Shown piece by piece: positions 56,580-58,324 of a DNA stretch of 58,324 bases (position 1 is its first letter; every line of letters starts with the position of its first letter). The notes beneath the pieces were generated by a model, which saw nothing but the letters and a program-made list of their open reading frames with translations, was not told the DNA's origin and did not search any database. The DNA lies in IMG/VR virus record IMGVR_UViG_3300003886_000004, positions 1 to 58,324 of that record, one strand, 5' to 3'. A program made the translations under genes and the position numbers. This DNA is from a virus. Lineage: Duplodnaviria; Caudoviricetes.

Positions 56580-56590
56580 TTTGGTCTGTT

Positions 56591-56800
56591 TTATCTAGCA
56601 GCAATTATCGCAATAATCATAGCAACAATAGCAACGGAGACCGAAAAAATTGAAATTATCATCTACAAGTTATCCTGTTTTGTTTTTTCGTTGCGTTCGA
56701 GAATACTTACCTTAGTCAGCAATCCGTTTTTTCCATTTCCATAGACAGCCTCTGTATTACGGGAAACTCTTTTTGATATCGATTCAATCGAGTCTGTCAT
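56591..56800 (-). pseudogene. Holin/XhlA-like membrane protein interrupted by an in-frame TAG
   Basis: GGAG RBS; MTDS...VYGNGKNGLLTKVSILERNEKTKQDNL-TAG(56663-56665)-MIISIFSVSVAIVAMIIAIIAAR*. Confidence 0.6.
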
Positions 56801-56894
56801 CCCGTTACTCCGTTTCTGTAGTAACATTTTTCCCGTCAATATAGTCAGGCAAATCGTTGTTTATCACTTTGATACTTATCCCTGTTCATTAGTT

Positions 56895-58324
56895 TCACGA
56901 GGATGAAATAACCGACTGCGTATCGCTCCGCAACCAGCTTACCCCATCACAAAATGCCAATATTGGTGACCCCGCTGCCCCGTCCTGGACATACTTTGTG
57001 TCGCCCCGGTGTCCAATTGGATCAGGCAGGTCGGCAACGAGCACACCCGCCACTTGAGTGATCGTTCCGCCTCCAACAATTGATTTGAATCCAGGTAAGT
57101 CGTTACCCGATGCAGACAGTGTTTGCATGCTACCAGAATCAGCATAAATCAAGGCATGATCCTCGCCACCAACCAAGGGTAATGAACCCGGTTCGATCCA
57201 AAACTCACGACCCACATACACGTTGGCAATGTTTTCAAAAACAGTTACCCGCTGGTAGACGTCTTCTCCGCCGTCATCTATGAGCACGCTTTTCTCGTGG
57301 TCACCATCCACTGTTAATACTTCACTATTGTTTCCGTCAGTCAATATGATTTTGGCACCATCAAGAAGTCGATGCACCAATCCACGAAACTCTGGATGTT
57401 CCCACCCATCTAGGTCGATGAATTGATCGTTGATTGAAATGTCATGATCGATCCTTCCCCAGCCAATTCGCTTGTTCGATCCTAGATCGCAGTTGCGGAT
57501 GTTGATCTCCGCAGGATTGGCTGTGTCGGAAGTTTTATTGCTAATGATGACGCCAATGTTTTCGTTGAACTTGCAGTGATCTAGATTTACTTGATTAGTT
57601 CCAACCGAGACAGGGAATGTCTTGCGTAGACGGATAGCCGCATTGTCGCCGATATTAGTTCCCCCAGTACGACTGCATTTGAACTGGTCATTTTGGAAAT
57701 CAACTTGGCTGTTAATCACACTCACAAATGACCCGATTAGAGTGTTGTCTGAAAACCTAACGTTTGTAGAGTTTTCAATTTCCGCCATTTGACGAGGTTG
57801 ACCATCTTCGTCGTAGCACATGATGGTGTTATTGCTAATAATTACACCGTCGGCACTACGAATTCGGAGACCTTCGGGTGATGCTCCGTTGTAGTAATTG
57901 GAGATCGTGTAGATTGTGTTTCCATTGATCAGAGTATCTTGTACGGCACCATGGCGATTCTCATATCCGTTATTCTGCCAATCCATTCCGGCAGCTGATT
58001 GCAATGCTATTGCGTTGTAGCAGTTGTAAAATGTATTTGCTGAAATCGTAACACTCTGTCCGTGGCATTTAATTCCACTAGCTCTTGTTACTCCTGTGGC
58101 TCCACATCTGACAAATACATTTCCGGTTATCGTACTTCCGTAAGCAAATGCGTTCAGAGCAATTCCATCATCACCACTGTCCTCGCAATAGTTACCAATG
58201 TAACTGGTCAGTCTGTTTCCATTGCCTGAACAACAACCACGACCTGTTCTTTTGAATACATTATCTCGGAACATCATATGATTCGTTCCGGCGAAGGTAG
58301 CAATCCCAACAGTCGGGGAATCGT
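56895..58324 (-). CDS. Right-handed beta-helix (pectin-lyase-like) tailspike/fibre, 5' truncated
   Basis: Repeated I-x-x-N-x-F/I beta-helix motifs and GDDGIAL; frame stays open to the window end upstream of the track start. Confidence 0.8.
   Translation of the reverse strand, partial: DSPTVGIATFAGTNHMMFRDNVFKRTGRGCCSGNGNRLTSYIGNYCEDSGDDGIALNAFAYGSTITGNVFVRCGATGVTRASGIKCHGQSVTISANTFYNCYNAIALQSAAGMDWQNNGYENRHGAVQDTLINGNTIYTISNYYNGASPEGLRIRSADGVIISNNTIMCYDEDGQPRQMAEIENSTNVRFSDNTLIGSFVSVINSQVDFQNDQFKCSRTGGTNIGDNAAIRLRKTFPVSVGTNQVNLDHCKFNENIGVIISNKTSDTANPAEINIRNCDLGSNKRIGWGRIDHDISINDQFIDLDGWEHPEFRGLVHRLLDGAKIILTDGNNSEVLTVDGDHEKSVLIDDGGEDVYQRVTVFENIANVYVGREFWIEPGSLPLVGGEDHALIYADSGSMQTLSASGNDLPGFKSIVGGGTITQVAGVLVADLPDPIGHRGDTKYVQDGAAGSPILAFCDGVSWLRSDTQSVISSS

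Noticed and set aside
1-58324. Genome-wide stop-codon reassignment
   Set aside because: Long genes are intact under the standard code, and TAG, TGA and TAA all end well-defined genes (the capsid and terS genes end in TAG); only one internal TAG was found.
43164-58324. Diversity-generating retroelement or invertible tail-fibre cassette
   Set aside because: No reverse transcriptase, invertase or template/variable repeat pair was noticed.

Overview
This window is almost certainly most of one tailed (siphovirus-like) lytic phage genome, about 58 kb and AT-rich, with no integrase seen. It appears linearised inside the structural region, because truncated receptor-binding/structural ORFs run off both ends on the minus strand. 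Minus-strand modules from left to right: putative lysis/secreted cluster with a subtilisin; head genes (encapsulin-like capsid, DUF2213-type protease, portal, TerL/TerS); an accessory block with exported proteins and three tRNA-like RNAs; a peptide plus PP-loop trio; primase-helicase; a thymidine-hypermodification cluster (dUMP hydroxymethylase, 5-hmU DNA kinase, two aGPT-Pplase clades, FAD oxidoreductase, MazG, HAD nucleotidase and an unexplained ATP-grasp-like gene); PolA and recombination genes. Next come a divergent plus-strand early region (36.7-43 kb) and the minus-strand tail/neck module. The host is inferred, not shown, to be a planctomycete. The main leads are: (1) a hypermodified-thymidine pathway with no visible known finishing enzyme; (2) an unannotated 39-aa histone-like peptide ending in GSG next to a PP-loop enzyme; (3) six related helically phased DNA elements, five spaced 11-13 kb apart; (4) tRNA-like RNAs with replaced or missing anticodon arms; (5) a protease and amphipathic-peptide lysis region with no recognisable endolysin. 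All protein calls are motif recognition by eye; no searches were run.
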